A stretch of 64,000 nucleotides of DNA from an uncultured Candidatus Micrarchaeota archaeon (GTDB lineage Archaea; Micrarchaeota; Micrarchaeia; Micrarchaeales; Micrarchaeaceae), in contig CAVUGN010000004.1 of the NCBI GenBank assembly GCA_963741095.1, positions 1 to 64,000 on the forward strand, given 5' to 3'. Position 1 is the first letter of the stretch. Each line of letters opens with the position of its first letter. The translations under genes and the position numbers were made by a program. Below the pieces are notes generated by a model, which searched no databases, was not told where the DNA came from, and worked only from the letters and a program-made list of their open reading frames with translations. Below, piece by piece: positions 1-9,266 of this stretch.

Positions 1-61
1 ACTTCCTTATGTGACCCTCGGTTATGCCCTCTCCAACATCCACGAATTTTATCTCCTTCAT
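1..61 (-). CDS. pdhC: Dihydrolipoamide acyltransferase (E2), N-terminal fragment running off the window edge
   Basis: Minus-strand translation from ATG at 61 gives MKEIKFVDVGEGITEGHIRK, the start of a lipoyl domain. It has an ATGA overlap with the E1-beta stop. Confidence 0.85.
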   Translation of the reverse strand, partial: MKEIKFVDVGEGITEGHIRK

Positions 62-1020
62 AACAAAACCTGGTCTATGGCCTTCGATATCTTGATATCG
101 TTTGGAATGTAATAGTTCTCATAGCCCGGCAACGGGTACGGCAGGCTGTCCGAGCCAACCCTTATCACTGGCGCGTCAAGCTCGAATATCGCCTTCTCCG
201 CTATCCTTGCCGCTATCTCCGCCCCGGCTCCGAAGCTCAGGGGCGCCTCATGCACTATCACGACCCTTCCGGTCTTCTTGGCGCTGTTGATTATTGTTTC
301 CTCGTCCAACGGATTTATCGTGCGCAAGTCAATGACATCCGCAGAAAGGTTTCTCTTGCTCACCACATCCTTCACAATTGGCACCATCGTGCCGTAAGTC
401 ACGATCGTAAGGTCTTCGCCCTCGCTCACCATAGCAGCCTTCCCGATCGGCACCTCGTACATCTCGTCGGGTATCTCCTGCTTGAAGAGCCTGTAGAGCT
501 TTGTCGGCTCAAGGAACACGACGGGATCATCCATGTGCGACGCCCTTATCAGAAGACCCTTCGCATCGTATGGGTTTGAAGGCTCCACGACTATCAGGCC
601 CCCGATGTGCGAATACAGAACCTCGGGGCTTTCGGAGTGGTGCTCCAAGGTCCTCACCCCACCGCTGACCGGTGTCCTGACGACCAGCGGCACCTTGAGA
701 TTAGATCTTGTCCTGCTCCTGAACCTTGCTGCATGATTGACGAGCTGGCTGAATGCGAGAAACATGAAGCCTGCGAACTGCATCTCGGGGATCGGTCGCA
801 GTCCGGACATCGCCATGCCTATCGACGATCCCATTATCACCGATTCCGCCAATGGCGTATCGAAGACACGGTCCGATCCGAACTTTGCCTGTAGGCCATC
901 GGTTACCCTGAAGACGCCTCCGTCCTTGCCGACATCCTCGCCGAAGACTATGACCTTGTCGTTCTCCTTCAGCAGTAGCTCAAGGGCATTGTTTATCGCG
1001 CTAACCATGTTTGCCTGCAT
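58..1020 (-). CDS. pdhB: Pyruvate/2-oxoacid dehydrogenase E1 beta subunit
   Basis: GEDVGKDGGVFRVT, DTPLAES and EHHSES motifs; operon with E1 alpha and E2. Confidence 0.95.
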   Translation of the reverse strand: MQANMVSAINNALELLLKENDKVIVFGEDVGKDGGVFRVTDGLQAKFGSDRVFDTPLAESVIMGSSIGMAMSGLRPIPEMQFAGFMFLAFSQLVNHAARFRSRTRSNLKVPLVVRTPVSGGVRTLEHHSESPEVLYSHIGGLIVVEPSNPYDAKGLLIRASHMDDPVVFLEPTKLYRLFKQEIPDEMYEVPIGKAAMVSEGEDLTIVTYGTMVPIVKDVVSKRNLSADVIDLRTINPLDEETIINSAKKTGRVVIVHEAPLSFGAGAEIAARIAEKAIFELDAPVIRVGSDSLPYPLPGYENYYIPNDIKISKAIDQVLL

Positions 1021-1024
1021 AACA

Positions 1025-2104
1025 TCACTTTTTCTCCATGAAGAAGTTGGATCCTACCGCGTAATCCATCTCCTCCTTAAGGGTCTGCGGCATGAAGCTG
1101 TAGACATGCTCGAAGATGCTCTTCGGGTCCGGCACGAACTTCTCTGCCTTGTCGACCGCATCGTCTATCTTTTTCTTCTGCTCCTCCTGCATCTTGCTCT
1201 CAAGGGCGTCGTTCCACAGCTTCTTGTTGTTCAAGTAGATCCTGACCCTTGCTATCGGATCCTTCTTCTTCCAGGCATCGACATCATCATCGCTTCTGTA
1301 CCTTGTCGGGTCGTCGGAGGTCGTGTGCATGCTCATCCGGTAGGTGACGCACTCTATCAGCGTGGGCCCGTTCCTGGAATTGTCTATCGCATCCTTCACC
1401 GCCTTGTAGACCGCCATGACGTCGTTGCCATCAACCTGCAGCACGTTTATCCCGGCTGCGATGCCCTTCTGCGCTAGCGTCTGCGCGGCGCTCTGCCTGT
1501 TCCTCGGCACCGATATCGCCCATTGGTTGTTCTCTATTATCGCGACCAGCGGCACCTTGAACACGCCCGCGAAGTTCAGCGCCTCATAGAAATCCCCTTC
1601 CGAAGTGCCTCCGTCGCCGACATAGGCAACGACTGCGACATCCTTCTTCAGGTACTTCTGCGCGAACGCTATCCCAGCAGCATGCGGCATCTGCGTGCTC
1701 ACGGGTATTATCATCGGGAAACCTCCGACCTCTTTTGGTATGACATTGCCCTCTTCGAAGCCCTTCCAGCCCAGCACCATGATATCGATTGGCATCCCTC
1801 TCGCAAGGAAAACGCCGTGCTGCCTGAAGTTAGGCACGAACAGGTCATCCTTCCTCATCGCCATCGCGCTGCCTATCTGCGTTGCCTCCTGCCCCAGCAA
1901 CGGCGCATAGGTCGCGGCCCTGCCCTGCCTCTGGAGACTTAGCACTTTTGCATCAAGCGCCCTGGCGAAGCACATCAGCTTGTACATCTCCACAATCTTC
2001 GCATCATCGAGATAACTGGGAAGGAGCGCAACGTCCACGCCACCATTCTCATCGAGTATCTGAAGGTTATCCACCGAGCCTTCGAAAACTTTCTTAAGCA
2101 CCAA
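1025..2104 (-). CDS. pdhA: Pyruvate/2-oxoacid dehydrogenase E1 alpha subunit
   Basis: TPP motif GDGGTSEGDFYEALN...NNQWAIS; YRMSMHTTSDDP. Confidence 0.95.
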   Translation of the reverse strand: MVLKKVFEGSVDNLQILDENGGVDVALLPSYLDDAKIVEMYKLMCFARALDAKVLSLQRQGRAATYAPLLGQEATQIGSAMAMRKDDLFVPNFRQHGVFLARGMPIDIMVLGWKGFEEGNVIPKEVGGFPMIIPVSTQMPHAAGIAFAQKYLKKDVAVVAYVGDGGTSEGDFYEALNFAGVFKVPLVAIIENNQWAISVPRNRQSAAQTLAQKGIAAGINVLQVDGNDVMAVYKAVKDAIDNSRNGPTLIECVTYRMSMHTTSDDPTRYRSDDDVDAWKKKDPIARVRIYLNNKKLWNDALESKMQEEQKKKIDDAVDKAEKFVPDPKSIFEHVYSFMPQTLKEEMDYAVGSNFFMEKK

Positions 2105-2255
2105 ACCACTACGAAGATGTATCCACTACAACAAATATATTAGTTGCTGTGCTCTTGCAGAATAATTTGGCGTCCGGCAGGGCGCCGGATAACGCAGCGG
2201 CTTTCTGCACACAAAACATAAATATTTCCACGAACAGGTATGAGATACGGTTCAA

Positions 2256-2885
2256 GTGTACAAAACTTTTATAGCACCAACGGCATTAGCAACCCAAGCG
2301 GGCCAGGTTCCATCGAACCAATCCGAGATAACTCGAATTGCCGCAGTAACCACCCTTCCGCAACTGCGCAATGTGGATTCCTCCATCCCCAAAGCAATAT
2401 ATCGGGGCAAGAAATTTCATAGAAACCAGATGGGTGGGGCGTTTGTGGATGAGCGTGCTCATGTCGATGTTGGCGTGTTCACTGGTCCGAACTCAATAAT
2501 CTACGAACGCGTGAATGCCTTCTACAATCCGGATTCGATCGGTTTCGCTCCTGAGACGATCATAGTCGGCAGGACGCTGCTGCGCGGCGATACCAGAATT
2601 CTCTGGCGGAGCTACATCTCCAATGCGGACATATCCGGCAGCATAGAACTCAGCGATGTTAGGGTGTGCGGAGAACCCCGAATCATCATAACGGGCAAGG
2701 GCAAGATCATCGGAGGCCAGAACAAGAGCGAAGGCAATGCCCATATCGCTCCAGGCATAATGCTGAGCAACGTTTCGCTGATCGGTGAAATAAGCATAAC
2801 CGGCACCGGAGTTATCGGGCATCTCACAAAAGCGGCTTTGAACAGGCTGATGCTGGAGCATTCTACACAACCACGGTACTCCTAA
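2256..2885 (+). CDS. Hypothetical protein with probable left-handed beta-helix (hexapeptide-like) repeats
   Basis: HRNQMGGAFVDERAHVDVGVFTGPNSII followed by I/V/G-periodic repeats; start uncertain. Confidence 0.5.
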   Translation: MYKTFIAPTALATQAGQVPSNQSEITRIAAVTTLPQLRNVDSSIPKAIYRGKKFHRNQMGGAFVDERAHVDVGVFTGPNSIIYERVNAFYNPDSIGFAPETIIVGRTLLRGDTRILWRSYISNADISGSIELSDVRVCGEPRIIITGKGKIIGGQNKSEGNAHIAPGIMLSNVSLIGEISITGTGVIGHLTKAALNRLMLEHSTQPRYS

Positions 2886-3553
2886 AGCCTCTTTCTAACC
2901 CCGTCGCTTGTCAACTCCCTGAGCGCATCGTTCGCTATCCATCTCGCGCTGCTGGAGTCCATTGCCTTTATCTCGTTTGCAGCCTCGATCGCAAGCCTGT
3001 TCAGCCTCTTGTTCCGCTTCCCTATCTGTCTCAGCGCCCAGTTTACCGCCTTTTTCACAAAATTGCGCTCATCTGTCGCGCCCTTTTTTATTATGGGCAA
3101 AAACCCGATGAACCTGCTGTCGTCCGCTTTCTTGTCGTGCACTGACAGCGCGGCCATCATGACATATCCTGCCCTCATGACAAATTCGCTCTTGTCCTTG
3201 CTCCACTTCACCGCTTTTTCATACGCGTAAGGCGTCTTATCAAATAGATTGCCGCAGCACTGGTCGCAGATGTCCCATGAATCGAAATCCTCGACCCATC
3301 TGTCCATCTGCTTTTCTGTAACTTTTTCGGTCTCTTCGATCATCGGTGCAAGTATCCTGGCTTCGTGTATGCCCGATGACCAGAGCCTTCCGGCCAGCTC
3401 GTGATCCTTGCCTATCCCCTTTGCCATCCCTCTCAACGCGACGACCGATATCCCGAGCGTGTTCTTCGTGCTTATCCCGAACCGCTTCATCCCTTCTATA
3501 TTTTTCGGGTTGTACTGCGACTTCAGTTTCGAGATTATCTCATCGTAGGGCAT
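2882..3553 (-). CDS. AlkD-family DNA alkylation repair protein
   Basis: DSWDICDQCC, DERNFVKKAVNWALRQIGK and ARWIA motifs. Confidence 0.9.
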   Translation of the reverse strand: MPYDEIISKLKSQYNPKNIEGMKRFGISTKNTLGISVVALRGMAKGIGKDHELAGRLWSSGIHEARILAPMIEETEKVTEKQMDRWVEDFDSWDICDQCCGNLFDKTPYAYEKAVKWSKDKSEFVMRAGYVMMAALSVHDKKADDSRFIGFLPIIKKGATDERNFVKKAVNWALRQIGKRNKRLNRLAIEAANEIKAMDSSSARWIANDALRELTSDGVRKRL

Positions 3554-3668
3554 TTAACACACCAATGTGCGGACCATATCACTTTATACGCAACGAATTT
3601 AAGCCTTGAAGAACAACTTTCAAAGTGCCGCATAGCAAGGCGGCATGAAGCCGTCGCGATTGATCATC

Positions 3669-4256
3669 ATGGTGAACCTGCCGATAACCAGAGAGGAAGC
3701 CGTCGTATTATTGAAAAGCATGGACCAGCAGACTTCCGACATGAACCATTATCTCGAGGCGGAGGCCATCATGAGGGCCCTTGCAAAAAGGTTCGGCGAA
3801 GATGTTGATTATTGGGGCATGTTGGGGCTATTGCACGATGTTGACTGGGCACTGACAAAAAACGACGTGAAGGAGCACTGCATCAAGGCTGTAGAGCTAT
3901 TGAAACGGAACGGTTTTGACGAAAAGTTCATCCAGATTGTCCAGTCCCACGGGTACGGGTATGACATAATTCCCGCCCTGAAAGACAAGCAGAGAACGGG
4001 GCGTGTGGAGCATGCCCTTATCGCCGCCGAGACGCTGACCGGATTAATCTACGCCTACGCTCTGATGAAGGGCAAAAAGATCAGCGACATGGAGGTCAAA
4101 GGACTAAAAAAGAAATTCAAGGACAAGAGCTTCGCGGCGAATTGCAACCGGGAGAGCATAGGCGAGATAGAAAAGACCGGGATAACCCTGGACGAATTTT
4201 TTGAATTGTCCATCAACGCAATGAAAGAGATAAAAAGCCAGATAGGACTGGAATAA
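3669..4256 (+). CDS. HD-domain (HDIG) phosphohydrolase
   Basis: NH..E.EAIMRALA, GLLHDVDW, KKKFKDKSFAA; ORF track starts at 3645. Confidence 0.85.
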   Translation: MVNLPITREEAVVLLKSMDQQTSDMNHYLEAEAIMRALAKRFGEDVDYWGMLGLLHDVDWALTKNDVKEHCIKAVELLKRNGFDEKFIQIVQSHGYGYDIIPALKDKQRTGRVEHALIAAETLTGLIYAYALMKGKKISDMEVKGLKKKFKDKSFAANCNRESIGEIEKTGITLDEFFELSINAMKEIKSQIGLE

Positions 4257-4303
4257 ATGCATGAATGGCCGTTCTGCGGCAGGTTCAGCTCATTATCATA
4301 AGG

Positions 4304-4377
4304 TGCGATTGCCGGGATTTGAACCCGGGTCTTTGCCTTGGAGGGGCAAAGTCCTAACCAGACTAGACTACAATCGC
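4304..4377 (-). tRNA. tRNA-Gly(TCC), with C at position 33
   Basis: Full cloverleaf GCGATTG...CAATCGC-A, T-arm CCGGG TTCAAAT CCCGG, anticodon arm TTGCC CCTCCAA GGCAA; TTTTAAA box upstream. Confidence 0.92.
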
Positions 4378-4473
4378 CCAGTAGGATAGGAAAAAGAGAA
4401 TTTAAAACAGTTTAGTACCGGCACTGGATAGAAAAGCTTCCAGAGAGGAAGCGCCAATGCGGTGCATTGGCGC

Positions 4474-4758
4474 TCAAGCCCTCCCTGATGCTGCTATTAT
4501 TATCGTAGCAGCCCCCAATCTTACTCCCCTCCTTTTCGCCTCTCTCACGGCGCCAACGGCGTATTCCGTGATGCGCTCGGCAAGGACTGCCTTGAGTGCG
4601 GCACTCGTCGCGCCGTCATCTTTTTCTACTCCCAGTGACCCCAGAATATCGGTGAAGTCGCTGTTTTTCAGGGCAGTTACGGCCTCCTGCCGTACCTTCC
4701 TCGCCACCTCCTCTCTAGATGTTCCCCCTATTTTTATTTCCCCCATCCATTCCACCAC
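4474..4758 (-). CDS. Divergent archaeal histone-fold protein with N-terminal extension
   Basis: Residues ~30-91 align almost gap-free with the HMf-type pattern (IL..LG.EK......AL...L.E.....A..AV..AK..G...I..A); TTAAATA box upstream. Confidence 0.6.
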   Translation of the reverse strand: MVEWMGEIKIGGTSREEVARKVRQEAVTALKNSDFTDILGSLGVEKDDGATSAALKAVLAERITEYAVGAVREAKRRGVRLGAATIIIAASGRA

Positions 4759-4860
4759 ACTACTATTTTGAATGTCTTGATATTTAATGGTTTTGCGGTA
4801 TTTTCTAAGAGAGATTAAGAAAAAGCCCGTTTTCGGATTTTGGAGGTATATAAGCCTTTC

Positions 4861-6705
4861 CTATGGGTTCGTCAAGAGTCCATTAAGTTCGCTTCCATCC
4901 ACGTTCAGCCGGTACTTTGACATGATCAGGCTCCTCAGTTCCCCGCCGTTTTTGGCCTTGCCGGATGCCTTCTCCTTCTCGATCAAGACCTTCAGCTCCT
5001 TTCCCCTTATGCGCGCAAGCGAGAGTTCGGCAATTATGTCGTCCACCGGCCTCTCGTTCTTTGCAAGCGCTTTTATCACCTCTTCTACAGCCTGCTTGGT
5101 TATCTTCTCCATCCTGTAGGCGCCGAACAGCTCGAAAAGGCACTTTTCGCTTATGGCATCGACCTCGAAGCCCTCCCTTCTAAGCTCGGTGAACTTCTGC
5201 AGCATCGTGTTAGCGACGAACTCGGGATCGGCTTTGGTGACATCGACAATAAGCTTGAAGGTCTGCAACCTGGGCGATTTTATCAATTGTTCGGCAATCG
5301 CCCTGTTCTTTATCATGGATTCAATGTACTCCCTTTCCTTTGCTATGTCCGGCGCGTTCCTGATCGCCTCGCTCATCATGCGCTTGTCCACGCGGATGGG
5401 CTTCGCGTCCGTCTCAGGGTACATCCTGGAACCGGACGGCAGCGGCCTCAGGAAGGCGGTTGTGCACAGCACGCTGTCATTGACGACCCTCGTCTCCTTC
5501 GGCACTCCCTTCAGCGCATACGCCGAACGCAATCTTGCCAGCTCTATGGCTCCCTTCGCGTTCTTGCTGCTGGCTGCTACCAGTACAAAAGAATCGTCTG
5601 CCCCGAGCTTCAGCTCTTTTTTAAGGGTCTCGAGCTCTCCAGCCTCGAAGCCATAACTCTCGAGCTTCTCGTCGCTGTGGATTATGCCGTTGACCCCGCC
5701 CTTCTTCGCGTAATCGCTTATCTCCGTTCCCAACCTCCTGTTGGGCGCTATCTCGGTGCCGATCATGCCCTTGAAGCCCCTGAGCGCGAATGCCATCACG
5801 CAGAGGTCCTTCTGCTTCTTTATGATGCCCACTTTGGTGTTTGCGAATATCTTCGTCACGTCCTTGGCGGCGTCAACTTTGGCGTCCGCCTTCAGAAGTT
5901 TTCCCATTATCTCAAGGAGCTTCTGCTGCCTCTTGATCTCAATCTCCAGGAACTTGTCAATGAGGTTGACCTCCTGCGCGCCCTTTATCTCCACGCGGGC
6001 GCCGCCCTTTATCGACATGTTGACATCCTGCCTTATCGAGCCGATCCCTCTCTGCATCTTGCCGGTCAGCCGCAGCAGCGTGCCTATGTGCAATGCAAGG
6101 TCCCTCGCCGCAACCGGATTCGGTATGTAAGGATCCGTGTCGACCTCTATCAATGGAATGCCAAGCCGGTCTATACTGTAGACCACGCTCTCCTCGTCGC
6201 TCTTTACTATGCCGCACGATTCCTCCTCAAGGAACATGGAGGGCAGATTTATCTTCATGCCGTCCAGTTCTAAGACTCCGTTAAGCGCCACCATCGCCGT
6301 CCTTTGGAACGCGCTGGGGTCGCTGCCGTCTATCACGTTCTTTCTCATGGGCTGTATCTCGTCGACTATCCGCATCTTCAATGCCGTTGCAACCGAGAGC
6401 GCTATGTCCAAAGCCTCCATGTTTATCGTGTGCGGCGGCTCCTCGTCCAGTTCGACAAGGCAGGTGTCGTCGTTGAAGACGTTGTACTTGAAGCTGCGGC
6501 TCCTCAGCTCCTCGAACTGCGCCGTTGCGTCTATCGCGCCGAGCTCTCCCGCCACTGCTCTCTGGTAGCGCATGACGCTTGCCACTGGCTTGTGGTCCTC
6601 CTTGACAAGAGCGGGGCACGAGCAGAACAGCTTCTCCTTCGTCGCGAGACGCTGGTGGATCTCAAGCCCGCACATGAATCCTATGCTCTTGTAGTAATCA
6701 TCCAT
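4861..6705 (-). CDS. gatE: Glu-tRNA(Gln) amidotransferase subunit E
   Basis: GLEIHQRL, MRKNVIDGS, QRGIGSIRQDVN, RPLPSGSRMYPETD; start taken at MDDYY. Confidence 0.96.
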   Translation of the reverse strand: MDDYYKSIGFMCGLEIHQRLATKEKLFCSCPALVKEDHKPVASVMRYQRAVAGELGAIDATAQFEELRSRSFKYNVFNDDTCLVELDEEPPHTINMEALDIALSVATALKMRIVDEIQPMRKNVIDGSDPSAFQRTAMVALNGVLELDGMKINLPSMFLEEESCGIVKSDEESVVYSIDRLGIPLIEVDTDPYIPNPVAARDLALHIGTLLRLTGKMQRGIGSIRQDVNMSIKGGARVEIKGAQEVNLIDKFLEIEIKRQQKLLEIMGKLLKADAKVDAAKDVTKIFANTKVGIIKKQKDLCVMAFALRGFKGMIGTEIAPNRRLGTEISDYAKKGGVNGIIHSDEKLESYGFEAGELETLKKELKLGADDSFVLVAASSKNAKGAIELARLRSAYALKGVPKETRVVNDSVLCTTAFLRPLPSGSRMYPETDAKPIRVDKRMMSEAIRNAPDIAKEREYIESMIKNRAIAEQLIKSPRLQTFKLIVDVTKADPEFVANTMLQKFTELRREGFEVDAISEKCLFELFGAYRMEKITKQAVEEVIKALAKNERPVDDIIAELSLARIRGKELKVLIEKEKASGKAKNGGELRSLIMSKYRLNVDGSELNGLLTNP

Positions 6706-6809
6706 CCTAACTCCCTGAGAAAGCATAAACAGAGTGGTTGGTGCGAAAGAGTATTTAAGGCTTTTCGGGATGACGCCTTGCAACGCGCATTTTTTTAGAT
6801 TTTGCAGCG

Positions 6810-7505
6810 CTACCTCAGCAATTCCTCGACCGTTGCATCAGCGAATATCTTCATTGTGTCGAATATCTTCAATCCAGGATGCTTCGGTATCAGCAATTGG
6901 AGGTCCGTGCAGGCGAGCACCACGCAATCCACGTCTTTGTCGCCAAAACCGTCGATTATCTGGATGAGCCCATCCCTGTCCCTGTTGTTCTGCTGGCCGT
7001 TGACAAGGTTGAGGATGAATTTGCCCATCCTTTCCTGCTGAAGGGCATCAGGGGTCTCGTAAGCTATCCCGTTTTTCCTGAACGCATCCTCATACAACCT
7101 GTTTTTTATCGTCGCGGACGTGGACACGATGCCAACTTTCTTGAAACCGTTCTTCTCAAGGAATTTCACCGTCTCCTCGACAATGCTCAAGACGGGTACG
7201 CTGACCGCGTCTCTAATATCCCCAATAAAAACGTGGAGCGAATTGCAGGGCATTACGATGAAATCCGCGCCGGCCTTTTCCAGCCTTCGTGCCTCTTTTA
7301 CCAAAAATGGCGCAAACCTTTCGATGCCGGTCCCCTTCAGGATTGCATCCTCTTCAATCGAGTACGGCATGGGCACACTGGTGATGATTATGGGCGGTCT
7401 GCTGCTCCTGTCTCTCTTCTGACAAGAAAAGACCAAATCCAGGTAGAACTCGGACGTAGTTTCCGGTCCAAGACCTCCGATTATCCCCACGGTTTTCATA
7501 TCCAT
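6810..7505 (-). CDS. Aspartate/glutamate racemase family protein
   Basis: GIIGGLGPE and two catalytic Cys motifs, MPCNS and LACTD. Confidence 0.92.
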   Translation of the reverse strand: MDMKTVGIIGGLGPETTSEFYLDLVFSCQKRDRSSRPPIIITSVPMPYSIEEDAILKGTGIERFAPFLVKEARRLEKAGADFIVMPCNSLHVFIGDIRDAVSVPVLSIVEETVKFLEKNGFKKVGIVSTSATIKNRLYEDAFRKNGIAYETPDALQQERMGKFILNLVNGQQNNRDRDGLIQIIDGFGDKDVDCVVLACTDLQLLIPKHPGLKIFDTMKIFADATVEELLR

Positions 7506-7925
7506 CACTAGACAAAATAGATTATTCAATCTTTTGTGCCCACTACAAATACAACTATAAGAAAGCACATATTTGTATCTATTATACGTCTATACAACAT
7601 AAAATGTTAGGCTCATTATAACATTTATGCAATAATCCTCCTTCTCACGCCCCTAATGACGCCGAGAAACCTACACTAGTTATATATACAACAAGGCCCC
7701 CAATAATAGAGTAAAGGGCGTGGTGCACTTAGATCAAATGAACATTTAACCCTTAGCTTTTTGATAGCTATCTTATCCCATCCACCCATGCATCAAAACA
7801 GCGCGGGAAGATACGTCTTGATCTATCAAGATCTTCTTCCTTGCACCCTCCCTTTACAACACCCACCATCCTGATCCTACCACATACTGATTATTGCAAT
7901 GACGAAGGGCAGCCATACCGTTATC

Positions 7926-9266
7926 TCATATCAAGAATTCGTCGTACAAAGTCCTGCTCTTTATCTCCCCTTTTATGTTCTGGTTAAGGAGTTTCTTCGC
8001 CTCATCCGCTTTGTAATTGCCCAGCAGCCAGCCCAGCTTTACGAGCGCAGTCTCCGGAGTCATGTCTTCGCAGTACACAACTCCCTCGCCGCTCAGCATT
8101 CGCAGGTACCTGTAAACATTCGAATTGACCCTGCCGTAAAGGCACTGCGATGTCATCCCTACCACAACGCCCTTCTCCATCGCCCTTTTCACGCTCGGCA
8201 TCCACTCGAATTCCTTCTGCGAAGGCGAAAGTGCCAGATGCCCGAGTCCGGTGCCTTCCAATATGATGCCCTTGCAGCCCTTGTCCACATAGAAGTCGAT
8301 GACTGTTGGGTCGGAATTTGGATAACTCTTCACCAGCGCCACCATCTTTTCGTACTTTGTTTCGGCGGTCACCTTGTATCTCGGAACTTTCTCGACTTTC
8401 CTGTAATCGCTTCCGTAAGCAATTTCAAGATCCCTTTTGACGTGCGCAAGCGGCCTGTCGTTTATCGGCCGGAATGCATCCCTTCTTGAAGTGTGCATCT
8501 TCCTGACATGCGTGCCTCTGATGAAGGCGCAACTGTCGTCGGAACTGCCTGCGTGCATGCATATGCCCACCTCCGCAATATCAGATTTTGCAGCGATCTG
8601 TGCAGAACATATCAGATTGAAGAATGCGTCGCTTGAGCCCCTGTCGCTGCTGCGTTGCGCGCCTGTGATCGCAACCGGAGCATTGAGATTGTTGAGCATG
8701 AAGCTCAGGGCCGCCGAAGCATAATGCATCGTGTCGGTACCCATCGTCACGACCGCGCCTCTCGCCCCATCGTTCAATGATTTTGCGACCTCCTTTGCCA
8801 TGCTCTGCCATTCGACATAGGTCATGTCCTCGCTCGCAATCCCGAAGAGATTTCTCACGTCAATGCTGGCTATCCCGGAAAGCTCGGGCACTTCGTAGAG
8901 CAGTTCCTCGGGCTTTGTGAGCATGTACACCCCGCCGGTCTTGTAGTCTACCTTGCTGCCTATCGTGCCTCCCGTGTATATCAGTGAAACCTGGGGCAGT
9001 CCCTTGACCTTGTCTGTCTTTGCCTTCGGAAATGATATGTTCGTGCTGCCCGCAGAAATTTTTGTAATCGTTACATCATTGGAATAGGCTATGCCGACGT
9101 TGTAGCCGCTGTCGAGCTTTATGATGATCGTGTCCTGGTCTCCTGCATCCGTCTTCGGCATGAGCTCGCCCTCGAACTCCTCGCCCTTAGAGACCGCCCT
9201 TACGCGGTCCATGACCTTGACATCGTACTTCTTGAACAGCGCCTCCAATTTGCTTGAGTACATCAC
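7926..9266 (-). CDS. gatD: Glu-tRNA(Gln) amidotransferase subunit D
   Basis: KLDSGYNVG N-domain; TGGTIGSKVDY, GTDT, GAQRSSDRGSSD, RKMHTSRRDAF. Confidence 0.97.
   Translation of the reverse strand: MMYSSKLEALFKKYDVKVMDRVRAVSKGEEFEGELMPKTDAGDQDTIIIKLDSGYNVGIAYSNDVTITKISAGSTNISFPKAKTDKVKGLPQVSLIYTGGTIGSKVDYKTGGVYMLTKPEELLYEVPELSGIASIDVRNLFGIASEDMTYVEWQSMAKEVAKSLNDGARGAVVTMGTDTMHYASAALSFMLNNLNAPVAITGAQRSSDRGSSDAFFNLICSAQIAAKSDIAEVGICMHAGSSDDSCAFIRGTHVRKMHTSRRDAFRPINDRPLAHVKRDLEIAYGSDYRKVEKVPRYKVTAETKYEKMVALVKSYPNSDPTVIDFYVDKGCKGIILEGTGLGHLALSPSQKEFEWMPSVKRAMEKGVVVGMTSQCLYGRVNSNVYRYLRMLSGEGVVYCEDMTPETALVKLGWLLGNYKADEAKKLLNQNIKGEIKSRTLYDEFLI

Noticed and set aside
2256-4377. Integrated element at the tRNA-Gly 3' end
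   Set aside because: No integrase and no duplicated tRNA 3' end (att site) found.
5287-6273. Long alternative-frame ORFs (for example 328 aa here, 25818-26816 and 737-1477)
   Set aside because: They are antisense shadows of well-supported genes, with no protein motifs.
7506-7925. Replication origin, SRP RNA or RNase P RNA in the long gap
   Set aside because: No ORB-like repeats, no adjacent cdc6, and no GC-rich structured RNA signature.
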